From positions 17,206,789-17,253,906 of the forward strand of contig NC_069006.1 in assembly GCF_001194135.2 (NCBI RefSeq): a DNA stretch of 47,118 nt. The letters run 5' to 3'. Below, one piece after another: positions 33,975 through 45,800 of this stretch (the first letter of the stretch is position 1; every line of letters begins with the position of its first letter). The position numbers and the translations under genes were made by a program. Origin of the DNA: Octopus bimaculoides (Eukaryota). The notes beneath the pieces were generated by a model. It saw only the letters and a program-made list of their open reading frames with translations. It searched no databases and had not been told where the DNA came from.

Positions 33975-34139
33975 TGAATGAATGTATATATGTATGTATG
34001 TGTGTGTATGTCTGTATATGTAAATGTGTATGCATGTGTGTATGTATGTATGTATGTGTGTGCGTGCATGCGCGCGTGATTGTGTGTGTGTGTGTGTGTA
34101 AGTCTGTGTGCATGTGTGCCTCCGTGTCTGTGTATATAT

Positions 34140-34184
<45 letters not shown>

Positions 34185-34515
34185 NNNNNNNNNNNNNNNN
34201 NNNNNNNNNNNNNNNNNNNNNNNNNNNNNNNNNNNNNNNNNNNNNNNNNNNNNNNNNNNNNNNNNNNNNNNNNNNNNNNNNNNNNNNNNNNNNNNNNNNN
34301 NNNNNNNNNNNNNNNNNNNNNNNNNNNNNNNNNNNNNNNNNNNNNNNNNNNNNNNNNNNNNNNNNNNNNNNNNNNNNNNNNNNNNNNNNNNNNNNNNNNN
34401 NNNNNNNNNNNNNNNNNNNNNNNNNNNNNNNNNNNNNNNNNNNNNNNNNNNNNNNNNNNNNNNNNNNNNNNNNNNNNNNNNNNNNNNNNNNNNNNNNNNN
34501 NNNNNNNNNNNNNNN

Positions 34516-34573
<58 letters not shown>

Positions 34574-34647
34574 ACACATATATATTTGCGTGTATATGCG
34601 TGTGCGTATATGTATATTTTCTCTTTAATCTTTTTTCTTTTTTTTTA

Positions 34648-34688
34648 ATTGCTTCAGTCATTAGACTGTGGCCATGCTGGAAACATTG
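34648..34688 (-). mobile_element. SINE family A tail fragment
   Basis: TTCAGTCATTAGACTGTGGCCATGCTGGAAAC. Confidence 0.65.
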
Positions 34689-35611
34689 TTTTAAATTTTA
34701 TTACCTTACATCTGTTTCAATAAATGTCTTAAACATATTTTTCATTTGTTTTACCAACTTCAGTATTGATTTTTAAGTGTTTTCTTTTAATTTTATGCTT
34801 TTAAATATGTTCTCTGAAACCGATATAAAGTCGGATAGATCGACTGAAGTTGAATTTATTTTTTTCCTTAAAAATTACATAAATTCGAAAAATACGTAAA
34901 TCGAAACGACCTAACTTGTGTTATGCCCGTATTTATACACGAAAGCATAAATCTGAAACAATCAGTGTATAAGGGAATATGCGAAGAACATTTAACTCGA
35001 TGATATTAAAGATCTGAATATGGAGTTACAGTAATATATAATTAGCTATTACAGTTAATAGGAAAATTGTTGAAGGCTAAGAATGAAAATTGTGAATGCA
35101 GAATGTTCGTAGAACATTAGCGTGCTTGGAAACAATGTCTAATATCACGATATAATAATTGCTAATAAAATTTTCCTTTCCGGCTACAGATACTATTAGA
35201 ACCTGCAAAGTTGGTAATTATGTTTAATAAATCAGATACTCTTTAGTTGATCTATTTACTCATGGATAATAATACGAGTTACATGAATACATTTCATAGA
35301 TATGCGTAGAGGAGGGGGGGGGGCTTAGAGAAGCATTAGCTCTTTGGATTCATGATTGGTTTAAAGTATTTTCAAAAGAAAAGCTTGCAGTACTTTTGAG
35401 TAGCTCCTGCAGTTTCGGTGTAGAGATGAGACATGTCCGCTTTTTATTTCATGTGTATCTTTTTGAGATGGATCTTTCTTTATCATATGGACTGTCGCCT
35501 AAACTTTCACTAAATTACTGATTAGTTTAAACTGAATTCCTTGTTAATTATTTTTGTTCTTTCTGTTACTCTCTGCTTATGACGGAGCTTTTAACTGTTG
35601 ATTGAAAAGCT

Positions 35612-35900
35612 CAACGATCTTCTGAACCAAAGGCACATGTTGATAGCGAATTATTGTTAAGGGGTTGACTGTCGAAGACGTCTTATCATCAACCCGAAAT
35701 TTAACATAAAGGAACTAGCGCATGGTTTACTTTCGATAATGGATGGCACTTTAAAAACTGCTCCCACTTTATTTTATCAATTTTATACAATTTATGTCTG
35801 TTGGATCCGAACATTTAAGAATTTATTACTTTCGTTTAAGTATTGACGAGTGGACAAAGCGAAGTACTTTATAAATGCTTATTCGAAAAGACGGAGGATT
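35612..35900 (+). pseudogene. Second partial copy of the MULE transposase (first catalytic Asp region)
   Basis: Long near-identical alignment to about 39785-40100; encodes MDGTLKTAPTLFYQFYTIY at 35739. Confidence 0.85.
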
Positions 35901-38900
35901 AGTATAAGTTCTCTTTTAACATTTACAAATGTTTTTCTACTTAATTTTTCAATTTTTCGTCGGTAAGAAATACAGCTGTGGTGTTAAATTTGATAAGTAT
36001 CCTTTCACTCGTTTCATATGTGCTTGTCTTCCGTAGATCAACGACCTTTTAACTCTTTCTAAATTCTTGAACGTAATTTTTTTTATTCATTTTATTTCTT
36101 AACAGTTGTAGAAAGGAAATATAATCAGTTGTACTTGTGAAATAAAGTAGCATTACTCTGTTATAAATGGTATCTTCCAAAAGTGTTAAATATTGTTAAC
36201 GTTAACAAATCAATTAAAGAGTTATGTTTGTGATCCCAATTTCCCGGGAATGACGAGTTCCACGGAACAATACGTTACATCGTCTTCTATTACCCACTAA
36301 AATCTGTACGCAAATAAATACTCTGCATATGAGAGTAATCCCAAAGTAAGGTCTCCAAAAATATTTAGAAATCTCAGAAACCTGTTCACTGACAAAAATT
36401 CTGTGCAGCACAGAATTTTGCAGCACAGAATATAACGGTTTTTGTGTTTCTTAAATGACTTATAAACACGTTCCACGCTGCAATTGTTTTAGTTCCAGCA
36501 CACGATCTCAGATCATGTCACTTGCTATGCAAGTACATTTCCGTTATATATATATATATATATATATATATATNNNNNNNNNNNNNNNNNNNNNNNNNNN
36601 NNNNNNNNNNNNNNNNNNNNNNNNNNNNNNNNNNNNNNNNNNNNNNNNNNNNNNNNNNNNNNNNNNNNNNNNNNNNNNNNNNNNNNNNNNNNNNNNNNNN
36701 NNNNNNNNNNNNNNNNNNNNNNNNNNNNNNNNNNNNNNNNNNNNNNNNNNNNNNNNNNNNNNNNNNNNNNNNNNNNNNNNNNNNNNNNNNNNNNNNNNNN
36801 NNNNNNNNNNNNNNNNNNNNNNNNNNNNNNNNNNNNNNNNNNNNNNNNNNNNNNNNNNNNNNNNNNNNNNNNNNNNNNNNNNNNNNNNNNNNNNNNNNNN
36901 NNNNNNNNNNNNNNNNNNNNNNNNNNNNNNNNNNNNNNNNNNNNNNNNNNNNNNNNNNNNNNNNNNNNNNNNNNNNNNNNNNNNNNNNTATATATATATA
37001 TATATATATATTAAAGAATGAAGTTGTGTAAAGCTGGAACAATAGGAGAAGGTACAAAGTAATCTACAAAATGAAAAGTAAAACAGAACAAAATTGCAGT
37101 TTTACCCTGTATTTTTATATTTCGGGGTGAAGACCTCTTTTGTAGGACATTCAGAAAAGCGATGGTTGGAAAAAATGTGTTGCTCAGATATGGGGGAGAG
37201 GGATAGGGGAGGGAGGAGTAAGAAGGTGACATGCATTCTTTGAATATAGTCTTTGAATGTATTCTTTAAAGATATATGCACACACGCATATATATGTCTG
37301 TGGAGGTGTTTGGATGTATGCATATATGTGGTTGGGATATAAATGGCTACCGGTCGTAATCCCGAAGACAACAGTATCATTAATACGAAACACTGAAGTC
37401 TGAAAAGTGTATAGTGAATCCCCCCCTTATAATGCTCACACTCATACTTACACTCACAAACCTGTCCCACCACACACACACACACACACACCCACACCTT
37501 ATCTTCCCCTAAACTTCACTCTTTCATGGCATCGCATCATTGTGCACACTTCTGTTCCATCCAGTTAATTCCCTCTTGCCGTTTATATTATATCAGATAA
37601 GATGAACAACATTCTGTTCACGTACTTTTTTTTTCTGCTCGAAATGTTGAATTCTTTTCTTTGTTCCTTCCTTACAGCATAACACCTTGTAGTACTTGTT
37701 CAAAGTTTTGCTACTTTTACTTTTTTATTATATTTGTTATTATTGTTATTATTATTATTATTATTATTGTCGTTGTTGCTGTTCTGAGACATTTGGTTAC
37801 TAAACTGAGTCGGCTGATGCTTCACAAGCTGATTGCGTATTCCTTAGAATAAATTTTTTCTTGAGTTTTCATATATATATATATATTATATTGTATTATA
37901 TTAAATATTGCATAGACATGTATGTATGTGAGTATATATGTCATTATTCAGCTTTACTTCAAAGTTTCTTTCTAATAGAGAAAGAGCCGGTTTCTAACCT
38001 AGATCTAAGGATCCTTTATTGGAATTTCAACTACATCAATAGGTTATGTATGTAGGTAGGTAGCTATGTACTATGCTGTCAAATCTTTCTTACTGCACAC
38101 ACTTACAACGCACTGAAAGAAATCCATGAAAATTCTCCCTCATAGAAAAAAAAATGACTGCGATAAGTTAAATATACGAGACTATTTAATGGTGAAACAT
38201 CTAAATTTAAAAGCTAATTATTATTGGTGCTGCGAAAACAGGAAATCGCTTAATTGCTTAATTGTGGAGACTGAGTATTAACCAGGCTATCAAATGGACA
38301 GCAAAAGCTTGGAAATTTTCAGACCACAACCACTTTCTAAATCAACTGCAGTGACAGTTTCGAATAGCATAGACCAGTGGTACTCAGCCAACTTTTTTAT
38401 TTATGGACCCCTTTGGTTCATATTCTACTCTATTGGACCCCCATAGCTGCTCCATGTTTAAAAACATTCCATTATATTTTTATAATTAGATATTCTTAGG
38501 AACGAGGTCTTATCTGTCGCTACTCTGCCAGTAGAAGTATTTGTTAATCATGCACGTACTTTCAGAAATTGTCTTTTTTTAAGTCTGTATTACGCTGTCT
38601 ATATGTTGAAAGATATACAGAAGCACATACACACACACACACAACAATATTATATATATNNNNNNNNNNNNNNNNNNNNNNNNNNNNNNNNNNNNNNNNN
38701 NNNNNNNNNNNNNNNNNNNNNNNNNNNNNNNNNNNNNNNNNNNNNNNNNNNNNNNNNNNNNNNNNNNNNNNNNNNNNNNNNNNNNNNNNNNNNNNNNNNN
38801 NNATATATATATACACACACACACACAGTCTTTTTTTAAGTCTGTGTTGCATTGTGTTGACAGACTTGCACTTAAAATTCTCACAAGTTGAATCAAAACA

Positions 38901-39169
38901 TGTTAGTTACTAAGGTGACAACACTACCTATTTTTCCATCTTTCATGCACACACTCTGTGTCTCTCCCCTCTTTCTCTTTCTCTTTCTTTCTCTTAATCT
39001 CTCTCTCTCTCTCTCTCTCTTGATCTCCCTCTCTCTCTTAATCTCTCTCTCTCTCTCAACAACTTTTCTCCTCTCCTTCTTCCCTCTCTCTACACAGATG
39101 TTACGAACAGATAGACGGAGATCAGCTTCTCTTTTATAATATAGGATTGTATAAAAAAATTAAAACATT

Positions 39170-39515
39170 AGGCGCAGGAGTGGATGTGTGGTAAAAAGCT
39201 TGCTTACCAACCACATAGTCTCGGGTTCAGTCGCACTGCGTAGCACCTTGGGCAAGTGTCTTCTACTCTAGCCTCGGGGCGACCAAAGCCTTGTGAGTGG
39301 ATTTGGTAGACGGAAACTGAAAGAAGCCCGTCGCATATATGTTGTGTGTCTGTCCCCCCATCGCTTCACAACTGACGTTGGTGTGTTTATGTCCCCGAGC
39401 TTAGCGGTTCGGCAAAAGAGATCCCATAGAATAAGTACTAGGCTTACAAGGAATAAGTCCTGGGGTCCAGCATGGCCGTCGTCAAATGACTGAAACAAAT
39501 AAAAGAATAAAAGAA
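39170..39515 (+). mobile_element. SINE family A, near full length, hairpin segment deleted
   Basis: AGGCGCAGGAGTGGATGTGTGG...GGGTTCAGTCGC...CCTGGGGTC|CAGCATGGCC...(AATAAAAG)n. Confidence 0.9.
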
Positions 39516-39562
39516 TTGTAAAAGAATAACCAATTTATTACACATAAATTTTAACGACAAAA

Positions 39563-39626
39563 GGTCATATGGTCATATGATCATATGGTCATATGGTCAT
39601 ATGATCATATGGTCATATGATCATAT
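39563..39626. repeat. 8 x 8-bp tandem repeat G(G/A)TCATAT in the hAT subterminal region
   Basis: Units begin at 39563, 39571, 39579, 39587, 39595, 39603, 39611 and 39619. Confidence 0.95.
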
Positions 39627-40214
39627 GGACCCCGGTTGAGAATCCCAGGCGTAAACGAAACAAAACTACAGGCAAAAATGCATGAAGTCTGCCCTCCAAA
39701 ATAACAATCATATACGCGTTGAATGACTCCATAGCGTCATAGCTACCTTCAAAGAGTTACGTATAAATAGAATTGAAGAAGCCGAACGATTTCCTGAACC
39801 AAAAACACTTGTTGCTATAGTGTTTCTTCTAGTGTTATTGTAACACATCAAATAGTGAATTATTGCTCAGGGGCTGACTGTTGAAGACGTCTTATAATCA
39901 ACCCGAAATCTAACATAGAAGAATTAGCGCATGGTTTACTTTCGATAATGGACGGCACTTTAAAAACTGTTCCCACTTTATTTTATCAACTTTATACAAT
40001 TTATGTCCCTGTTGGATCTGAACATTTTAGAATTTATTACTTTCGTTTAAGTATTAACGAGTGGACAAAGCGAAGTACTTTATAAATGCTTATTTGAAGA
40101 TTTGGAGGATTAACACAAGAAAGGGATTGCAACTGAATCCCAAAACCATAATGACAGACTTGGAATTGCATGCGATCAAATATTCTAAATGGGAATTTCA
40201 ATATCTTAACAATA

Positions 40215-40327
40215 TTTTTCCTTCTTTCTTTTCTTTTTCTTCCTTTCGTTGTTTCTTTCTCTATCTCTCTCTCTCTCTCTCTTTCTTTTTCTCTCTCTCT
40301 TTTTCTCTCTCTCTCTCTCTCTCTTTT

Positions 40328-40397
<70 letters not shown>

Positions 40398-40400
40398 CTC
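40215..40400. repeat. (CT)n/(CTTT) tract inside the MULE catalytic region
   Basis: Directly visible. Confidence 0.95.
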
Positions 40401-41024
40401 TTTTTTATTCCAATGCATTTGGCGGAAAATTCAGATGAGAGGATTGGCAACGCGTTATGGCAGCAACGGAAACTTCAGTTTAAAAAAAATGTGTCATTTG
40501 TCTGCGTTGACATTCCTTCCATTTTATGAAATTCCAGGAGCTTTTAATGAATTAAAGCCCCATTTGCTCAGTGGAAACCAGAGAAGTTACTAACTGCTGA
40601 GAAAATAATTATGTGGCTGGCAGGATAGGAAAGACAGTGGCGTAAGGTTGTTACTGATCGATCACCAATAATGTTTCTGCCTCGTTTTTGCATATAAAAT
40701 GGATTTCTGCGTACGCAAAACAACACAGGCGTTTGGCACAAAAGATAGGAATATTTAATAGAAAATGCTGTTGTTGAAGGAGTACATGGAATTATAGAAA
40801 ATGTCGAAAAAGAGCAGCACCACATTGAATATGAATGTGAACGTGCCCTCGGAGGAGAACCATACCCGAAGAGATTAACAAATAGTTAAACATCGAGAGA
40901 CAAGTATTCAAATATAGCTTTTGTCTTTCTTATACTTGTTTCAGTCTTTAGCTAATCGCGCACGCGCACACATACACACACATATATGTATGTCTGTGTG
41001 TGTGTGTACGTACATATATATATA

Positions 41025-41182
41025 CAATGGTCTTCTTTCAGTTTCCGTCTACCAAATCCACTCACAAGGCTTTGGTCAGTCTAGAGGCTATAGTAGAAGA
41101 CACCTGCCCTAAGTGTCACACAATGGGACTGAAGCCGGAACCATGTGGTTGGGAAGCAAACTTCTTACCACATAGCCACGCC
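41025..41182 (-). mobile_element. SINE family A, 5' half
   Basis: TCTTCTTTCAGTTTCCGTCTACCAAATCCACTCACAAGGC...CCATGTGGTTGGGAAGCAAACTTCTTACCACATAGCCACGCC. Confidence 0.88.
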
Positions 41183-41379
41183 GGAATACATGCATACATA
41201 CATACATAAGTACGTACATACATACATACATACATACTGAGAGAAACGGTGACTATGTTGAGAAGTAGAGATGCGAGCCACAGATGACCAACTTCATTTT
41301 GATGTATGATACATGTTCTTGTGTTGGTAATTATACTTGTCCTAAACAAAATGACATGACTTTTCGACTCACCCTCGTA

Positions 41380-41660
41380 CTTCTATGGCTTCAAATCTCT
41401 GACGTGAGAGTGACTTAGACTGCATCTAAGTACTAAGATCACAAGCCTAAAACCTCATATCTCTAATCAGAATATGTCTAAAGTTTTAGACCATTGCCTT
41501 CAATTCTCAAACCCTTGTGAAACTCAGAAATTAAGATCACAGGCGTGAGGCCTCAAATATCTAGTGATGCTATGTCTAAATCCTTCGATCAGGGACTTTA
41601 AATTTCAAATCCCTAGTGAGATTGCGCTTGAAGATTTAGAAGACTAAATCCCCCAAAACG
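41380..41660. repeat. Highly diverged outlying units of the 52-bp satellite
   Basis: ATGTCTAAAGTTTTAGACCATTGCC..., TAAGATCACAGGC...CAAATATCTAGTGATGCTATGTCTAAA match the satellite consensus loosely. Confidence 0.55.
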
Positions 41661-41869
41661 TTCGTATCGCTTACGTTACTAACCTTAAGAGTAATCCGTT
41701 GATAGAATGTGCGTAATTATAAAGATCACGAACCATAAGACACAAATAGAGAGTAAGATTCATTATAGGTATATATAGGGTAGCATTAGAATGACAGCAG
41801 GAAACACGGAAATCCGTCAAGATAAATACTTATAATTATGAACAATTCCAGTACACAACCGTACATATT

Positions 41870-42545
<676 letters not shown>

Positions 42546-42819
42546 ACAAGACTATTACTCAGAGAGACTCAAAGCAAACCTTGAAGAGAGGGGGGTATCT
42601 CATTGATGAGTTGGCGAATAGTAACGAAAGTACTCTGATAAAGAAAATCTAACAATCGGTTGATTGTTTCCTCAGCACATTAAACAAGCCATCGAATAGT
42701 TAGTTGGTAAAATATAGATGTGCTATTAAACCAGTGCGTGTGTTTATTCAATTTTTTATTGGCGTAATGACCCTCCCAAGATACAACAAGATTTGTTTCA
42801 ACACACGAGAATAATCTTG

Positions 42820-45800
42820 GAAGTTAAGAATTTTGGAAGCCAAATTCAAAGATTATTTATAAATATTTAGATTAATAAACTTACGATCTTTGAGAGAGTG
42901 TCTTAATACTTAAACACTTGCTCTTACGCATCAGATTCCTTATGAAACAGTGTCTAAATGCTTTGATCATATGCCTCATGTAATAAATACAAGCAAAGCA
43001 CTTAAAATATTTATGTCCAGTTTAGACCCATAGCCTTTAGTCTCAAATTCGAGTTGGAATATATTTTAAAATGTTACAACACGTATTTGATGTGTCAAAT
43101 TTCCAGTGGAACTGTCTATAAAATTTTAGCTCTCTGACTTTACGTTTCAAATATCCACTTAAGCTGTTCAGAATATTAGACCACAGGAAGTCCCAAATCC
43201 TTAATCTGAAATCCAAAGTGAAAATGTATCTTCATCCTAAGAGCTCAAACCTTTAGTGAAGCTGTGTCTAAAGATTGAAATCACAGACCTTCTGTCAAAA
43301 ATCTTTAGTGACGTTGTTTCTAAAGATCATTGGCCCTCAGTCTAAAATTGTTAGTGAGAGTCTCTAAACTAGAGTTTATAGGCTTAAAGTTACAAATTCC
43401 TATTGCACCTCTAACCCAATCATTAACCTTAAGTCTGGAATTTGATCTCTGGCCTTCGGTCTAAAATCTTATTTGAAAATGTGGATAAAGATTTACATCA
43501 CTGGCCTTGGGTCTAAAATCTTTATTGAAACTATGTCTAAAGATTTAGATCACTGGCCTTCGGTTTAAAATCTTTATTGAAATTGTATCTAAAGATTTTG
43601 ATCGCTGGCCTGNNNNNNNNNNNNNNNNNNNNNNNNNNNNNNNNNNNNNNNNNNNNNNNNNNNNNNNNNNNNNNNNNNNNNNNNNNNNNNNNNNNNNNNN
43701 NNNNNNNNNNNNNNNNNNNNNNNNNNNNNNNNNNNNNNNNNNNNNNNNNNNNNNNNNNNNNNNNNNNNNNNNNNNNNNNNNNNNNNNNNNNNNNNNNNNN
43801 NNNNNNNNNNNNNNNNNNNNNNNNNNNNNNNNNNNNNNNNNNNNNNNNNNNNNNNNNNNNNNNNNNNNNNNNNNNNNNNNNNNNNNNNNNNNNNNNNNNN
43901 NNNNNNNNNNNNNNNNNNNNNNNNNNNNNNNNNNNNNNNNNNNNNNNNNNNNNNNNNNNNNNNNNNNNNNNNNNNNNNNNNNNNNNNNNNNNNNNNNNNN
44001 NNNNNNNNNNNNNNNNNNNNNNNNNNNNNNNNNNNNNNNNNNNNNNNNNNNNNNNNNNNNNNNNNNNNNNNNNNNNNNNNNNNNNNNNNNNNNNNNNNNN
44101 NNNNNNNNNNNNNNNNNNNNNNNNNNNNNNNNNNNNNNNNNNNNNNNNNNNNNNNNNNNNNNNNNNNNNNNNNNNNNNNNNNNNNNNNNNNNNNNNNNNN
44201 NNNNNNNNNNNNNNNNNNNNNNNNNNNNNNNNNNNNNNNNNNNNNNNNNNNNNNNNNNNNNNNNNNNNNNNNNNNNNNNNNNNNNNNNNNNNNNNNNNNN
44301 NNNNNNNNNNNNNNNNNNNNNNNNNNNNNNNNNNNNNNNNNNNNNNNNNNNNNNNNNNNNNNNNNNNNNNNNNNNNNNNNNNNNNNNNNNNNNNNNNNNN
44401 NNNNNNNNNNNNNNNNNNNNNNNNNNNNNNNNNNNNNNNNNNNNNNNNNNNNNNNNNNNNNNNNNNNNNNNNNNNNNNNNNNNNNNNNNNNNNNNTCTAA
44501 AATCTTTATTGAAACTATGTCTAAAGATTTAGATCACTGGCCTTCGGTTTAAAATCTTTATTGAAATTGTATCTAAAGATTTTGATCGCTGGCCTGCAGT
44601 TTAAAATATTTATTGAAACTGTGTCTTAAGATTTAGACCACTTTATTGAATGTAAAATCTTTACTGAAACTTTGTCTAAAGATTTTGATCGCTGGCCTTC
44701 GGTTTAAAATCTTTATTGAAATTGTATCTAAAGATTTTGATCGCTGGCCTTCAGTCTAAAATCTTTAATGAAACTGTTCCTAACGACTTAGATCACTGGC
44801 CTTAAGACTAAAATCTTCATTGAAACTATGTCTAATGATTTAAATCACTCACTTTCAGTTCAAAATCTTTAGCAACCCTATGTCTAAAGACTTAGATCAC
44901 TGATCTTGGGTCTTAAATCCTTAATGACAGTGTCTGAAGATTTAGATCACTGTCTTTTGTTCTAAACTCTTTATTTAAAATGTGTCTTAAGCTTTAGACC
45001 AGTGGCCTTCGGTCTAAAATCTTTATTGAATCTTTGGATAAAGATTCAGATCACTGGCTTTCGGTGTAAAATCTTTACCGAAACTGTGACTAAAGATTTA
45101 GATCAGTGACCTTGTGACTAAAATCCTTATTCAAAATATGTCTAAAGATTTAGGTTGCTTGCTTTGGGTTTAACATCTTTAGTGAAACAGTTTCTAAAGA
45201 TTTAGATTGCTTCCTTTGGGATTAAAATCCTTAGTGAGGCATCCTCCAAAGATCGTTGACCTTCGGTCTAAAATATATAGTGCAGCTGTGTCTAACGATT
45301 TCGATCGCTGGCCTTCAGTCTAAGATGTAATTTCAAACTGTGGATAAAGATTTAGATCACTGGCCTTGAGTCTAAAATCTTTATTGAAACNNNNNNNNNN
45401 GGCCTTCGGTCTAAAATCTTTATTGAATCTTTGGATAAAGATTCAGATCACTGGCTTTCGGTGTAAAATCTTTACCGAAACTGTGACTAAAGATTTAGAT
45501 CAGTGACCTTGTGACTAAAATCCTTATTCAAAATATGTCTAAAGATTTAGGTTGCTTGCTTTGGGTTTAACATCTTTAGTGAAACAGTTTCTAAAGATTT
45601 AGATTGCTTCCTTTGGGATTAAAATCCTTAGTGAGGCATCCTCCAAAGATCGTTGACCTTCGGTCTAAAATATATAGTGCAGCTGTGTCTAACGATTTCG
45701 ATCGCTGGCCTTCAGTCTAAGATGTAATTTCAAACTGTGGATAAAGATTTAGATCACTGGCCTTGAGTCTAAAATCTTTATTGAAACTGTGTCTTAAGAT

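Larger units (their letters stand above)
38375..39648. mobile_element. hAT/Charlie-type MITE inserted in the MULE gene and expanded by internal insertions
   Basis: Left end CAGTGGTACTCAGCC...GGACCCC, right end GGACCCCGGTTGAGAATCCCAG. Flanking 8-mers GCATAGAC (38367-74) and GCGTAAAC (39649-56) match 6/8, both differences being transitions. Confidence 0.7.
38113..40920 (+). pseudogene. Mutator-like (MULE) transposase pseudogene with N-terminal FLYWCH-type finger, interrupted by nested insertions
   Basis: CDKLNIRDYLMVKHLNLKANYYWCCENRKSLNC...FSDHNH (FLYWCH-like, about 38158-38335). MDGT + FK(T)VPTLFYQLYTI (39948), LQLNPKTIMTDLELHAIK (40130-40185), CIWRKIQMRGLATRYGSNGNFSLK...LTFLPFYEIPGAFNELKPHL, RTQNNTGVWHKR (40710). 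Multiple stops and frameshifts. Confidence 0.85.

Noticed and set aside
45004-45787. Exact 387-bp tandem duplication (45004-45390 and 45401-45787)
   Set aside because: The copies are identical and separated only by a 10-N spacer, so this is most likely unmerged overlapping contig ends. The same applies to the ~100 bp repeated either side of gap 43613-44495.
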